The position numbers were made by a program, and so were the translations under genes. From Takakia lepidozioides (taxonomy: Eukaryota; Plantae; Bryophyta), in assembly GCA_030704615.1 (NCBI GenBank), contig CM060734.1:52452001-52516000 (forward strand): a stretch of 64,000 bases of DNA. Reading direction: 5' to 3'. The notes under the pieces are model-generated. The model made no database searches, was not told the origin of the DNA, and was given only the letters and a program-made list of their open reading frames with translations. Numbering within the stretch: position 1 is the first letter of the stretch; the number at the start of each line of letters is the position of its first letter. Positions 11,048 to 24,104 of the stretch are shown piece after piece.

Positions 11048-13689
11048 CGCACTTTTAGGGGTGATCAAGTGAATTGCGATGCATTTCACATCAAGGCCTT
11101 TTTGGAATTCCCTATCTGAACAACCCTCTCTGCCAAGCCATCGGCCTCAGGATGATCCCGAGAAGTAGTGCGGTGGTCTATCAAGGCTTTGTCACACAAT
11201 GCCTGAAACTCCTCCAAGAACTCTTTCCCTTGGTCCGTGAGTACCTCAGCTGGAGCACCGAACCGGCTAAGTACACGATCCAAGAATGCATACGCAGCCC
11301 CCTCACTAGTCTTATCAGGCAATGGAACCAATTCGATCCACTTGGAGAAGTGCTCCACCTCACCAACACGTACTTGTTGTGGCGCATGGTCAGTGGCAAC
11401 AGCCCTGCGAAATATAGACTCCACCTGTAGCCCATTCCCATGATCGGAAGAGGGTGCAATTGTGGTGTAGGGGCGTTGAATGAAGCACGCACCCTGTCAC
11501 ACACCATGCACCTAGCCACAAATTGTTGCACCTCTATCACGCCACCAATACTGCCCCTGCAGTAGACTATGAGTACGTCGCACCCCAAAATGCCCCAACT
11601 CCTTATGGGCATGTCGCACTAACCGTGCCCGCTATGTTGGGTGAGGCACAATCCTCACTCGACCATCCTCCCACACTCGGAGCAAGTGTGTCCCCTCCCA
11701 CTTGAACCTCTTGGCTCGTTGTAGGATCTGATCCCTCTCCTTGGCAGTGACAGTGGCTGTCGTGTCTCCAGTGCGGAGATAGTCCAACACAGCTGAATCC
11801 TCATGTATATCTTTAGCGCCACCTTGCCCATTGATGGCCTCAGGGTCCTCAGACACTCGGTCTACAGTCATCCCTGTTGTAGGTCCAACCTGGCCTTCTG
11901 CTGCCAAGATACACATAAATGCAGATGCATGTCATCCGGGCACCATCTCCTCGTCCGTCTTACCATGCCACCGAGCTCCAGTGTCATCATGTTGGCTCGT
12001 GCATGGATTGCGACTCAACCCACCTGCATCCCAATTGACCAAACCTGGTCGATGCACAACCTGAAAGTCATACTCTTGAAGTATGAGTGCCCACCGTGTA
12101 AGCTTCCCCGTAAGCTTGTCTGACTCCATCAACCACTTGAGTGACTGGTGATCCGTGACAAGGGTGAAGAGATTGTCGTATAGATAGCACTTGAAGTGTG
12201 TAACGGCCCACACTGCAGCTAAGTACTCTCCTTCATATGAGCTATACTTAGCCTCTGCAGCGTTGTTCGAGCGGCTAACATAAGCCACTATGAACTCTCT
12301 TCCCTCATCATCCACCTGTGTGAGCACCGCTCCAAGCCCCAGCATGCTCCAATATGTATGCAACTGAAAAGGACTCCCCCTGATAGGTCGTCTCAAGATG
12401 GGCGCCGAGATCAACCTCGCCTTGAGCTCTTGAAAAGCTCGTTCTTGCTCATGTTCCCACTGCCACTCCTGGTCCACCTTGGTCAGCTTGGTTAGAGTCT
12501 TTGCAATGGTACTAAATCCCTTGACACTCAATCTGGTTGTGGAGAAACTTGCACTTCCCCGGATGTAACTTCAATCTTTGCGCCCTCAAGCGCTCAAATA
12601 CCACCTGAAGGTGTCTCTCATGCTCCTCCACCGTAGCACTAAAGATGATGATGTCATCTATGTAGCACCGAGCAAATTCCACCCCTGCTAGAATCATGTC
12701 CATAACTCTCTGAAACTCTGCAGGAGCGTTCTTAAGCCCAAATGGTAAGAACCACCACTGGTATAGGCAATCCTTCCCGTGCTCATTGATCCCCCAGAAT
12801 GTCGTCTTTTGCTTATCCGCCTCCTTGATCGGCAACTGGTGATATCCGGATCGTAAATCCAAAGTGCTAAAGACCTTCGCATGCCCAATGGCATCAAAGA
12901 TCTCCTCTGGTGTTGGCATGACATACCTATCGGACTTGGTCTGACGATTTACAGGCCGGTAATCACCGCACATACGTCTCTCCGTCCAATTGCCATAGAC
13001 ATCATTCTTGGCTGGCATCACTGTGGCTGAAGCATACTCTCCACCAGATAGCTCCACCAAACCAGCCTCCCAGAGGTCCTGAGTCCTCATCTGAATCAAG
13101 GACCTCTCCATGTCACTATATCTATAGGGTCTCCGAAATATTAGCGTGTCAGTGGCCAATTCAATGCAAATCTCTTGACCCTTCAGTGCTCCCAAGTCCT
13201 TCAAACTAAAAGCAGTTCCTGTAAGTCCTCAAGAACCGCCGTATACGTCGTCTCTCTCCTCCGGTTACTATAGGTCCAACATCAGGCTCCCAGTTATCCT
13301 CCGTGACTGCAATCTTGAGTCTAGCAGGCTTAGAGGTAGAAGACGCGTCTCGTGGTTGCTATGCTGCAACCTCTTGAGCAGTGACCACTGTCTGCTCTGT
13401 CAGTGACAATGTCTCATCCTACCCCATCATCCCATCCTTGAGGACCTCCTCAATCCGAGAAAAATCCCCAACCTCATCCATCACCGCCGCCTTGGTTGCC
13501 AACTCCCTCTGAACCTCGAGCACCTCCCACGTGTGCCATGGATGCGGCCTGCACCTCGTGGTCATCACCTGTTCGCCCCCACTCGCTGCATGTACCGTCT
13601 CGGTAGGCAAAGAGACCATCAAGGGAAGTGTACTTCGTACTTTGCGCTGCTGAGCCATAGCCAAACTGATAATCCAGGTCAAGCAATTG

Positions 13690-14610
13690 AGATCCATTGC
13701 TTGCCCCAACACCTGACGACGTGATGCCTCAGAAAGAGATGGCACCGCCGTGGTACCAGTGGTAAAACCCATCACCCGCTCGCGCTCGTTAGCATTGGGC
13801 TCCACTAATTGCTGCAACTGGCTATCCCACAAGAGGCCAGGTCCTCCATCCCGGAAAGCATGAGATCCTGGAAAGCTGAGCAGTGTAGGCAATGTTGCTC
13901 GTGGGTGACCCACCTTATTGACCACAACCAAAGGTGATTGGTCATCGTGTCTCACACGCTGAGACTGCCTCCCTATGTCCAAAATGCTATCCACCGTCAG
14001 GTTTGGTGGCCGCTGCATCCCATCAAATGCACGCTTTGAGCAGTGCAGGTGGTATTAAGTTGGTCCACCATAGTCGTGGGCGATGAGCCCGTGACCCCAC
14101 TGCAGCTGCATCCAGCAACACTACTGACCCAAGCCAAGACCGCACTTGATGTACGTTGGCTATCACCTTGGCCCGAGAATCACCCATCAATGGCACATTC
14201 TCCAAGATATATGCCGGAGAGTCTGTCTGCTAGAGCTGTAAATAGCGCAAGACCCTCAACATCTCCCAAAACAGGCGTGATCTTGAGTCTTGTAATCCAT
14301 TCTCATGTCCGGCTGATGAATGCCCTTGGCAGGGCCATCCTGCCACTACCAAGTGAATAGGGCCAACCTGCTCCAAATCATGCGCCCCTAACAAAGAGAT
14401 GTCTGCTGGCAAGGCTTGTTGGTATCCACGAACTGCAGACACTGGCAACAAATCAGGGTACTGTTGCACCAACTGAGCAACATGGCGCAGTGAGACGCGT
14501 CGTGCAGTCTCATCCCTCTCCACATATATGTAACGTCGAACTCGTACACCTGCCTGCAGCACTGTAGCCAATCCAATGCTGATCCCGCCAAACAAGTCCA
14601 GAAGACATAT
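13690..14610 (-). pseudogene. C5 cytosine DNA methyltransferase domain inside pol of copy A
   Basis: Motif I LLDLFGGISIG, IV AGWPCQGHS, VI YILENVP, VIII AHRPRLWW, IX ERERVMGF, X RRQVLGQAMD; one stop (14230) and one frameshift (about 14035). Confidence 0.92.
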
Positions 14611-17283
14611 GTCTTTATCCGGGCACTGCCACACAAGAGGTGTGGTGTCCAATGGCGACAACTGAGATGATCGTGGTGCAATCTCCGCACTCTCCTCCTC
14701 TCCTGACGGTACAAAGGCCTCTACCCAGGCTTGTTGCACTCGTCTATCAGCAGTCTGCTGCAAATCCTTGCTCGTACCCCACAATGGAGTGTGAGCAACC
14801 ATGGCAGGCAACTCCGCCGTACCATGCATGTCATCATGCTCTGCTGGAGGTGGCACATCCTCTGCATGGGCATTGCCCTCCAGCAATTCTCCAACCCAAC
14901 TAACTGCAGCTGTGAAGGCTGCTAATGTTGGCATCTTGCCCCGCTGGGCAGCAGCAAAACCCCCAATGAATGTCACAGGGAGCTGTACACGATGACCATC
15001 CCCCGACTGCCATCCAGGCCTGTAGGATGTTGACTCCTCCCAAAAATCCAGGGTGAAGCCCATGGGATACAACACTACCCCACCAACGAGGACATCATAA
15101 GAGACCGCGTCTGTCACAATGGCCTTGGCTCGCATCAATGAGCCATCTATAGGATGATCCGGCCGTAGTCTAATGGCCAACTCACACCGTGTCATGCCCC
15201 GAGCCTGCTCTGATCCTCCCAGAGATGTCTGTATCTGGAAAGGACAAGGCTCCATATCCGCTTCCATGAGGCCCAAACCTGCAATAGCAGCTCTGCCCAA
15301 TATCAGCGGCTGAGCTCCTGAGTCCAACAAGACCCGCAATGGCCAATACCTCTTGCCTGCCGGTCCACTCAAAGAGAAAATGTCATCCTGGTTGTCTAAC
15401 AAGACAACTCCAGGTGTCACCATGGCGCACTCAAAGGCTGGCCTAGCTGGCAGCTCCATCAATCTGGCAGCTGCAGCTTGCCATGGCGCAGCCGTGGCAG
15501 TCTTGACCCTCAAATCGGAGGATCCCTCTGCCACTACACCTTCCACTAATTCCGCAGAAGATGAAGTGACCTCCCCACTGTCGCGGAGTGTTGCTGGTAG
15601 TCTGAACACTGCAGCTGGTCTTACCCCCGGCGTCGCAATCATGGTTGCCGAGAACAGTGGGGCCTGACACATAGAGGTGGCCGCCCCCAACAACACACTG
15701 GTTGCTCTAGCCTTGGCAGCAGGTGTCAGTGTTGCACGTGTAGCTCTCCCCAATGGCACAATAACAGCCTTTGCTTCGGTATCTGTCGGGCGGGAACTAG
15801 GCGCCATGGATGTCGTTGACACTGTCTCCGCCAAGATGAATGATTGAGGCAACCTAGCCTGACGGCTTGTCTCCCCACGCTGTGGATCCAACTCCACCTC
15901 TGTACCTCGTGGCTCATGAACTCGTGCTGCTCCTCGAGTGACGGCTGCAGCAGACTGCACCTGCACTAGTGGTAGTGCTGCCCCACACATAGATCTCATG
16001 TCTCCCATGTCTACTCCATTAGGATGACGTTGCTGAGGAGGAACATAAGGTGGACCCTAAGGTCTTGGAGCTGGTACCACCTGAGCTGTGGCCATGGCAG
16101 CAAGCCTTTGCTCTAGCTGCTGAAGTCGGTTGGTCATGCCTTAGTCAACGCCCTGACCTCCACGTCCTTAGCCATACTGTGCTTGCTCTCGTCCTGCACC
16201 TCGTGCCTGACCGCCTCGTCCTCTCTGAGGTGCTCCACCTCGTCCTCGGCCACCATTGTTCCCTTGGAACTGGTCTCGCCGCAACTCAGGGTGCAAGTCA
16301 TAACACTGGGCATCTCCATGTCCATACTTGTCACAATGCCCACACTGCAACTGTGCAGGCTGTGCTTGTGCCGGCCTTTTGCCACTCTCTAGGCAATCTT
16401 TCTTGACATGGGGTCCTCCACATGTCCAACATACCACCCCTGGTTGTTGTTGGCCTGCAAAAGAAGCTACTGGCCTCTGCACCTGAGGTCCCTTGTAAGC
16501 TCCATGGAATTTGGGTTGGGCAACATTGCCCCCCTGACCACGCTGTTGGGCAGTCCCTTGTGCCTGTTGGCTAGCAGTTGCGCCTCGTGCAGGCATGTCC
16601 TTGTCAAATCCAATGGTAACAACTTGCTCCTCCACCATGTTGAGCTCAATCCGCTCAGTCAGCAGAAACACATCTGCTAATGTGGGTTGGGCCGCTTGTA
16701 ACAGGGTTGCATCCCGCACCCTTCTCCTGAGCTCCTTGTCCAAAATTCCATACCAAAACTGGACTGCCTGAGCTTCAATAACCCCTTGGGTCACACTTAT
16801 CAAGCGCCATATACGAGTGTAGGCCTCTCGCAAGCTCTCACTGGATTTGCGCTGGAAGTCTTGCAAACTTTGCAGCTTCTCTGTGCGTACGCCTTGGTAG
16901 TTCATCTGCAACTCCTGGAAGAACTCCACCACCGGGCTGAATCTAGGCACATGTGTTATAGTCGTGGCAGGAGGAGTAGTAGCACCTTCTGCAGAAGTAC
17001 CGGCACTACGTGTTCCACTACTAGTGATGGCAATGGGAAATATTGGTGCTGATGCAGCTACTGGTCGCGTCGTGTCTCGAGTAATGGAGACGTAGTCAGG
17101 TGACCAATACATCCTCCACTCCTCAATCTCTATTTCATGTCCTCGCCTAAACTCGTGGTAATCGTCCATAGGCGGGCCTTCCAAATGCTGGAACAGACCC
17201 TTCCACGCCATGAATGGGGTGAACAGCTGTGGATTGCGCATCTGCTGCAAATCACACCAGCTGTCGAACTCCTGGATAAAGTA

Positions 17284-20200
17284 CTCCTGCAGAATACCCC
17301 AGCCCAAAAACCCGGACTGACTCTTGCCTCCACCTATGGAAAGGTTTAGGCCTACCGAGAGGGTGGAAAGCTATGGGAAGGAGAGACTAAAGCAATTCCT
17401 AAACCCAGCATGCCCTCATCCCGACACTCTTCATTTCCTCTCTAGCCATACACTAATGTCAAAAAGTGACAGATGTGTTACAAACAGACAGCTAAGTGAT
17501 TATCCCTGACTTGAAACAGCTTCTTCAATAGACCTCATAGATGTGGGGAGGATCTAATTTATATAAGAAAAATTCTATAGATTTTTGGTCAGGTCCAAAA
17601 AATTAAAACCAGGTTTAGGTAGGTAGATTTCCCATTTCTGTAGGTCCCTGCGCAAGTTTTGGGTCAAACGGCCTCGGTATGCCAAAGTTATGGCCAAACA
17701 AGCTCTATGTAATTTAAATTAGATCAAAGAACGAATTTCTTTAATTTGTCACACCCAAAACATTCTCGACATTAAAAGCTGTTCCTAGGTTATCTACGGG
17801 TTCGGAACATGTTCATGTAGTTCTCACATACTCCCTGGCAGCGTGGCCTATAATTCCCAGGATTCATTTGTGTTTTACAGACGCACCACCAGAGGCTTGC
17901 TCTCCTAATGAACTGCTCTGCTCCAGCCAAGATCCGTGTTCTGCTCCAGCCACGACTCCCGAGAGCTTCGATCCTTCGCCTCCTCTCACTGCCAAGTTTA
18001 TGTTCACTATTGCAGCAAACTGGTGTGGCTTTGCCTTGGGGAGTTAGGCTACACCTCAATTGTGCCTGACTCATCAATGGCCACATTAGGCACCACCTGC
18101 AAGCTCATTTCAGCAGCACCACGTTCTACATTGAGCACCAGCTTGTGCAGGTTAGGACTGCGTTTGATGGTGTCCACCAGCTCAAACATGAACACTTCCC
18201 TGCTCCCCAGCTTGAAGAAATTCCAGATTCGGCCTGATCTACAGTATCCTTTGTCGCTGAAGCCCAACACTCATTCTCATCACAAGAGCTTCTTGGAAGA
18301 GTACTGACAAGCTGGTCCAACGCCCGGGCCTCGTTTAGCTTTGCAATCGCCTTCACCTTTCAGCGCAATCGTTCCATTCCGGAAGTACTCTGATGCAGGT
18401 AATTTAGTTCTCGTACCGCCACCATGCTAAGATGCAAAATGAGTACAATCCCATGGACCTGCACCTCTTGAGTCTTCAAACTGAATTATGTGGTTCCTTA
18501 ATAGTGTCTTAATAGTGTCATTGCAATGCAAGCAGACCGAGACTCAAGGAAGCCAAGTTCATCATACCTTCCAGCACCTTCACTCAACAATCTGAACTCT
18601 GACAGTGTGTATAGGTCCCTCTCTAACCTTTCAAAGTGAGCCAGTTAGCTATTTTCTGTTTCAATATGTCGAATCACATATGCAGGCAGGCTGACTCAAT
18701 CTGCCATTACTCGGTGGCATCTCCATACCTGCGACTGCCCCGCCTTTCTTCTTCGGTCTTGCTTTTCTTTTTCTAAGAGCGAGCATCCACTCATGCATCT
18801 GCTAGTCCGAGACGAAACTGGATCATACGGGCTAAAGCGCTTGTGAAGAAAGTGGCTTATCCCTGACATATCATAGCGTTGCTGGTCAGTTGGCTCCAAC
18901 ACGGCTTGGCAGTAATGGCTACACCATTCGGAGCATTGCTGGTCATCTGGTTCCAGCCCTTACATTTTCGGTGCCCTATTGCACTTAACACCAACGGCAC
19001 CACCTGAACACCCAAAATCTGTTCATCATTGTGCGACTTCACCATTGAAGTGGCATATGATCACTCATGTGCAAATACAGATCATGCCCCTTTCAAATCG
19101 GGTCCCTTCAGCCTTGTAGAAACAAGCATTTAGAGAATATCTGTCATGAACAAGATCATGCAGCTTGTCTTTGCACTGGAGCACTAACAACACTTTCATC
19201 TCTTCTCCATAGGTGTTCAAAGGGTAGCAGGTGCAACTGCTACAAACATCTACCAGTAGCTTCCTTCCTTTTCATGCTTCAGATTTGTGCCAGAGGTCAT
19301 TCCGTTGTTGACCAACCAGTATCAAGACTCTAAGCCTTAAGGTAAAATACATAACCAAGTTGTGATCTCCACAAGCAGCCCGCCTAAATTCTATAAGCAG
19401 ATCCTCTAGCAATTGGCTCCTTTGGGCATTTCTTAGCACTTGAACACAATACACGAACCTAACTCAGTCGTTCACCACTTCCAGTTGATACGAACTCTGA
19501 CGCTCGTGAATGAGCAAGGCGCTGCTGCCCTAGATACTACCTTCTTCTTCTTCGGCAACTCGCTGGTTCATCATACGTTGTTGGTTTATCACACAACAGT
19601 ATGGCTGCCCGCAAGCCGATACAAGACAGTATGAAGTAGCCGTTGTCTACGCATACAAGGCCTCTACAAAGTAGTTAATGCCCCACGCTGCACTTTCCCA
19701 ACCTAAGAGTTGCAGGCTGCCTCATCCCTTCGCCATATGCTCACTTGTTATGGTGCAATCGATATTGGTTACATGCCATCTCTATTCAGTACTATCACTT
19801 CTGCACAGAGAAATCAGCAGCTAATCCTTCTTCTCAAAATTTCATTTTTCTCTTAACGGCAGGTTTCCTGGACACGAGTTATCCCTTCAGCTGCTAATTT
19901 TCCACTCAATCTTGCACTCACTCAACTGAGCTGACATCTTAAGGAAGCTTCAAAAAACAAAAGACTAGTGCTAACTTAAGACTCGTATCTCGCACTAAAA
20001 GACACAAGTTCATCTCTATCGAGTGATATGAAAACTAAACTTACACTGGTTGTTGACACAAAACACGAAATACAACATAATCACTCGTTAAAATAAGAGT
20101 CAAGCCAGGGGCACCCCAAGCTATGGGGACTCCACCCCACAACATCCTACTCTCCCTCCATAAGTACACTCAAATGCTAATCAACAAGGGAGCTCAGTCG

Positions 20201-20377
20201 TGCAGGCTCAACTCGTGAGAGATGAGCCGCACGACTGACGAGCTCGTGAAGATAAGATGGTTCAGGTGTCAAGCTAAACTTGACACCTGACTTAACACTT
20301 GAACTAATTCCAAGTGTTAAATACAAATAACTAGATTTATTCTAGTTAGTTTCACACTGTGTTTATTTAACTTGACA
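17284..20377 (-). repeat. Putative 5' LTR of copy A (about 3.1 kb)
   Basis: Starts TGTCA on the minus strand at 20377; reverse complement of 20090-20230 matches 30948-31080 and of 17284-17420 matches 33135-33270 of copy B. Confidence 0.65.
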
Positions 20378-23300
20378 TCTTTCGAATCTAAATGATCTGA
20401 TTAATCTTGATATAGATGGTGCATTTTTGGTATCACAAAATTATTATCATCACTTTCTTTAAGTAACAATCTATCTACGTCTCTTGATTCTTTGCATTCG
20501 TGTAACATATTGATGTGCGATATGATTTTGTTACTGAATCCGGAGATAATGTTTGTATTGAATTGTAGAGATGCTTGCCATGTCATTGGCTCTTGTATTT
20601 TTAACTCGTGAATAGAACGCCATGGAATGAATAAAATGCAAATTCCACGACTATAGTTTTTTGGGTCATTTTAAATTGAAGGGATTTTGAATTTTTGTAG
20701 AACAGGCACCTTTGGAGTTATGAATTCATAACAACTATTTGTAGTGGATTGTGGATGGGCAGCCAAAATCTATGTCCATTGAGACCTTTTGATTTTCCTA
20801 CTAGACTGGAGTACTCATAAGGAGATAAATTTTCATAGTTCGTCGGTCTCTGTTGGTAGTCAATGCGGTAATTGTGAAGTATGAATTGGTCTCCATGTTT
20901 TGATTTATCAATTTTAAATGTCTCATAATGTCCGTCTTGCTCATTCTTATCATCGGCCGTATTAAGTGGATGTTGTTATTGTTCCTATATCTAGTACGAT
21001 AGACTATACCATGGTTTGGATGAGAAGTTGTAGTCCGTAATATGATCTGATATTTCATGAGGTAGCTTATGGCTATTATGGCTGAAATTTCTTGTTGAGA
21101 CCCAATTGTATTGAGGCACCTTATAAAAGACGACGACTTCGATCTACAGAGCTTTTGTCGATCTTTCCATCGTAAGTTGTTTCAATTTTTTGGACAGCAA
21201 TTTGCAATAGCGAACACATATGGGAGGTGTAAATGGACGTTTTTGTAATGTAGTCTGTGATATAATATATTAGAGCTTTTCCATCTTTACCAGATGCAGC
21301 TATGAGTTTGAGATCGTGATTGCATCTGCATGCTATAAGTATCCATGGATTTGCATTATTTAACCATTTATCTGTGCGTTTGATTGAGAGTAGTTTTGTG
21401 TCAGGATTGAATTTTGTCTCAGCAACCAACGATGACGGATAGCCATATTGACAAAGGTTGTTTTGGGCATCTTTCTCATGTTTGTAGCATGCCGGATTGC
21501 AAACGTGTCTGTTGCAAGTGTTAAGAAGCGTATAGACGTCATGTTTGAAGTTACTATGAAAGTCTATGTTGTTGGGATCAGGAGGTCTGGTAGTGCATGG
21601 ATGGATCGTGGTTTTTTCGTTCTCGGTATTTTCAGAGCTAATGTTTTGGAATGGATATAAATTTTTAGTGATGATGGCATTGAGATATTCCAATATAGAC
21701 GTCTTGAAGAGGTGATCATTCTGCAGTTTTTCCACGAGTTCATTCAGATCAGGTGCATTTGTTAACAATATAAGAGTGTGAATGTGGAGACTTCCATTTT
21801 TTGCTGATTCATAGCAACCGTAGTGTCCTTCTATGGTGCCCAAGATTCTTGATTGGGATCTATATTTTGTCCTTCTTTTTTCTTTTGCACGTAAAAGATA
21901 TTTGAATGTTGCATTTACAATGCTTTGAACGAAAGTTCAGGTTTGTCTAGGTTCATTAGATATTGAACGTGAGACTCCAAAGTAAGTTTTCGAGGCCAAT
22001 TACTCATTTCAGGAACACCAATACCAAAAGGAAATAATGTTGGAAACATACATAAAATCAGTTGTGGATTGTTATATTCATTTGCCATATGCGAATCGTG
22101 AGTGTAAGAAAGGTACATATTATCTTCCATGTTTTTCAAAGCATATCCATCAAAGTCAACAAGGCATGAGGTCTCAGTCACTGGGCTATTAGATGTTGTC
22201 GTAGAGTTATGTGCGTTCTTGATGTTATATAAATCTGTGATATTTGTACGATGCTCATAACTGGCAAGGTCAATATCAGTCGATTTGAAAATCGTCTTAA
22301 GATTGATTGTGGAATACCATTGTCGGAGTATGTGTTTAAGGTATTTGTATCTATTATATCTTGTTTGTAGCCTACATGATTTTCTTTTAGCCAAATAATC
22401 CAAGGTGATACGACTGCCCTACGGACCCACAATAAATCACAATCATTTATCGCATCTAGTGGAGGGTAACTGCTTCCAACAAAATGGACCACCATAGTAT
22501 CAGAGAGAGTGTGCAATGGAGATGGCATGGATTTGATGAGGTTACTTGCATGAGATGGATCTTGTGCAAAACTCACCAAGTTTCCTTTCAATGCGAAGTG
22601 GCCTTGTCCACCTTTGTTTACGTAACGCAATTTTAATATTACACGACAACGATATTTTGCCACTAGTGATTGTTCTACGATTGTCACCACAGGTAGGAGG
22701 TTGCGAACATCGCCGGTCCAAAGGCCATTTACAAGGGATAATTTGGGTAGACTATTGTTTTTTAATGAAACATGACATTGTCTACATATATGTGACGTAT
22801 GATTTTGTAATGTGATACCCTTATATGATAGAAGCATTCCGTTCAAGATAGGGGAAATATGAGATGCAGAGTTCAAAAGTTGTTTTGGAACGTAGATGTC
22901 TTCTGTGTGGTTTGATGGAGTTAGTTTTAGTAATGTCTTCATAGAAGGTAATTTATGAGGTATGTCATTGATATTGTAGATCACAATGTTACAAGGTTTA
23001 TGACTTTGGCTACACACACAACATATTTGCTTGATAAATGTTTTATTTTTCATATGTTCATTGAAGTTTTGCAAACATTGCATATTGTTTTAAATATCGA
23101 TTTGGGGTGGGAATTTGTGGAGTTCATTGATATGATCGATTTACTCCGAAGGAGTTTTATCTTCAAAACATTCATCTACGATATCTCTTTTGATAACATA
23201 CGTTTATGTTTTTGTTTTTGTTTTTTTTGTTTTTTTTTTTTTTTGGATTCGTGTTCTTTTAAAGTGTTGCAGGGAGATCTTTTTGAAGGGCATATAAAAT

Positions 23301-23613
23301 TTTCCTTTTTTATTTGTTTCGGATTTTTTGGAAAGTGTGTCTGGGAGATTTTATTTAGGGCATATGCTATTCTTTTTATTTATTTGTTTCGTGGTTTTTT
23401 GAAAGTGTGTCTTGAAGGGCATACGTTATTCTTCTTTTTTTATTTGTTTGGTCGATTTTTGAAAGCATGCCTTGGAGGGCATACACTATTCTTCTTTTTT
23501 TATTTGTTTCATGTTTTTTTGAAAGGTTGGGTATTATTTGCGAGATCTCTTTGGAGGGCATAAGCTATTCTTCTTTTTTTGTTTCTTTCATTTTTTTGAG
23601 AATTTTTGTCCAT
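20378..23613 (-). mobile_element. Helitron/Helentron-like Rep pseudogene, cut by copy A, helicase absent
   Basis: Cys pairs CCVC and CRQC, LPKLSLVNGLWTG, FPTLFPFG, HUH motif NGSLHIHTL, CNHDLK, tyrosine motif YYITDYITK; frameshifts and an internal deletion near 21.9 kb. Confidence 0.8.
23270..23590. repeat. Tandem repeat of about 59 bp in the 5' part of the Rep ORF
   Basis: GGGCATA..CTATTCTTCTTTTTTTATTTGTTT recurs about five times. Confidence 0.75.
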
Positions 23614-24104
23614 GTTTGGATATTATTCTTATTAAATTGATATAATATTAACAAAATTATAAACTCATAAAATGGTCAAAAATATGATTACAATATGAAC
23701 TTTATAAAATATCTACAAACATGTGAAAAATGTCAAACATAGCATGCCACAAGGGACTTTATGAATTCATTGCCTCAAAAAACTTTTTGAAATATTTGTC
23801 ACTAGGGACTTTTAGCAATCACCTGCACAACAACCACAATGATAATATTTAACACGAGAATGTTGACTTCCAAACGATGTAGGAGTTGTAAGAATCTAAA
23901 TAAACAGTAGATCCACATGTGAACACAACAGCCAGAAAGAACAGTAGATAGATAGACAAGGTTGATAGTTTGTATATTTTGCACATAGGTCAGTCAATGC
24001 TGGAGCACAGAACAACATTGGCAAAAGTTTTATAAAGATTCTACAGTGGTGGTCATTGACAAGGTGAGCTTCCTCCATGAGTTTTTTTCATCGTTGTTTC
24101 TTCC

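Larger units (their letters stand above)
8088..11114. mobile_element. Decayed or non-autonomous DNA transposon with long terminal inverted repeats (hAT-like TAG...CTA ends)
   Basis: TAGGGAATTCCAAAAAGGCCTTGATGTGAAATGCATCGC at 8088 is the reverse complement of the sequence ending at 11114; arm similarity runs about 220-270 bp; no intact internal ORF; no TSD. Confidence 0.75.
11115..20377 (-). mobile_element. Ty3/gypsy LTR retrotransposon copy A (5' LTR, gag, PR, C5-MTase, RT, RH, INT), decayed, 3'-truncated
   Basis: Gag Zn knuckles CWTCGGPHVKKDC and CGHCDKYGHGDAQC; protease VLLDSGAQ; RT LPFGLKNAP and CYIDDII; RNase H; integrase TDQG and ADGLAERVVQ cut at 11115; order PR-RT-RH-INT. Confidence 0.95.

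Noticed and set aside
14025-14045. Programmed frameshift inside the MTase, since both copies shift at the same site (also about 37172)
   Set aside because: A has one extra base and B lacks one base, so these are independent mutations.
13690-14610. Bacterial restriction-modification gene or contamination
   Set aside because: The domain is continuous with retroelement protease and RT at the same position in two copies, amid spliced plant genes.
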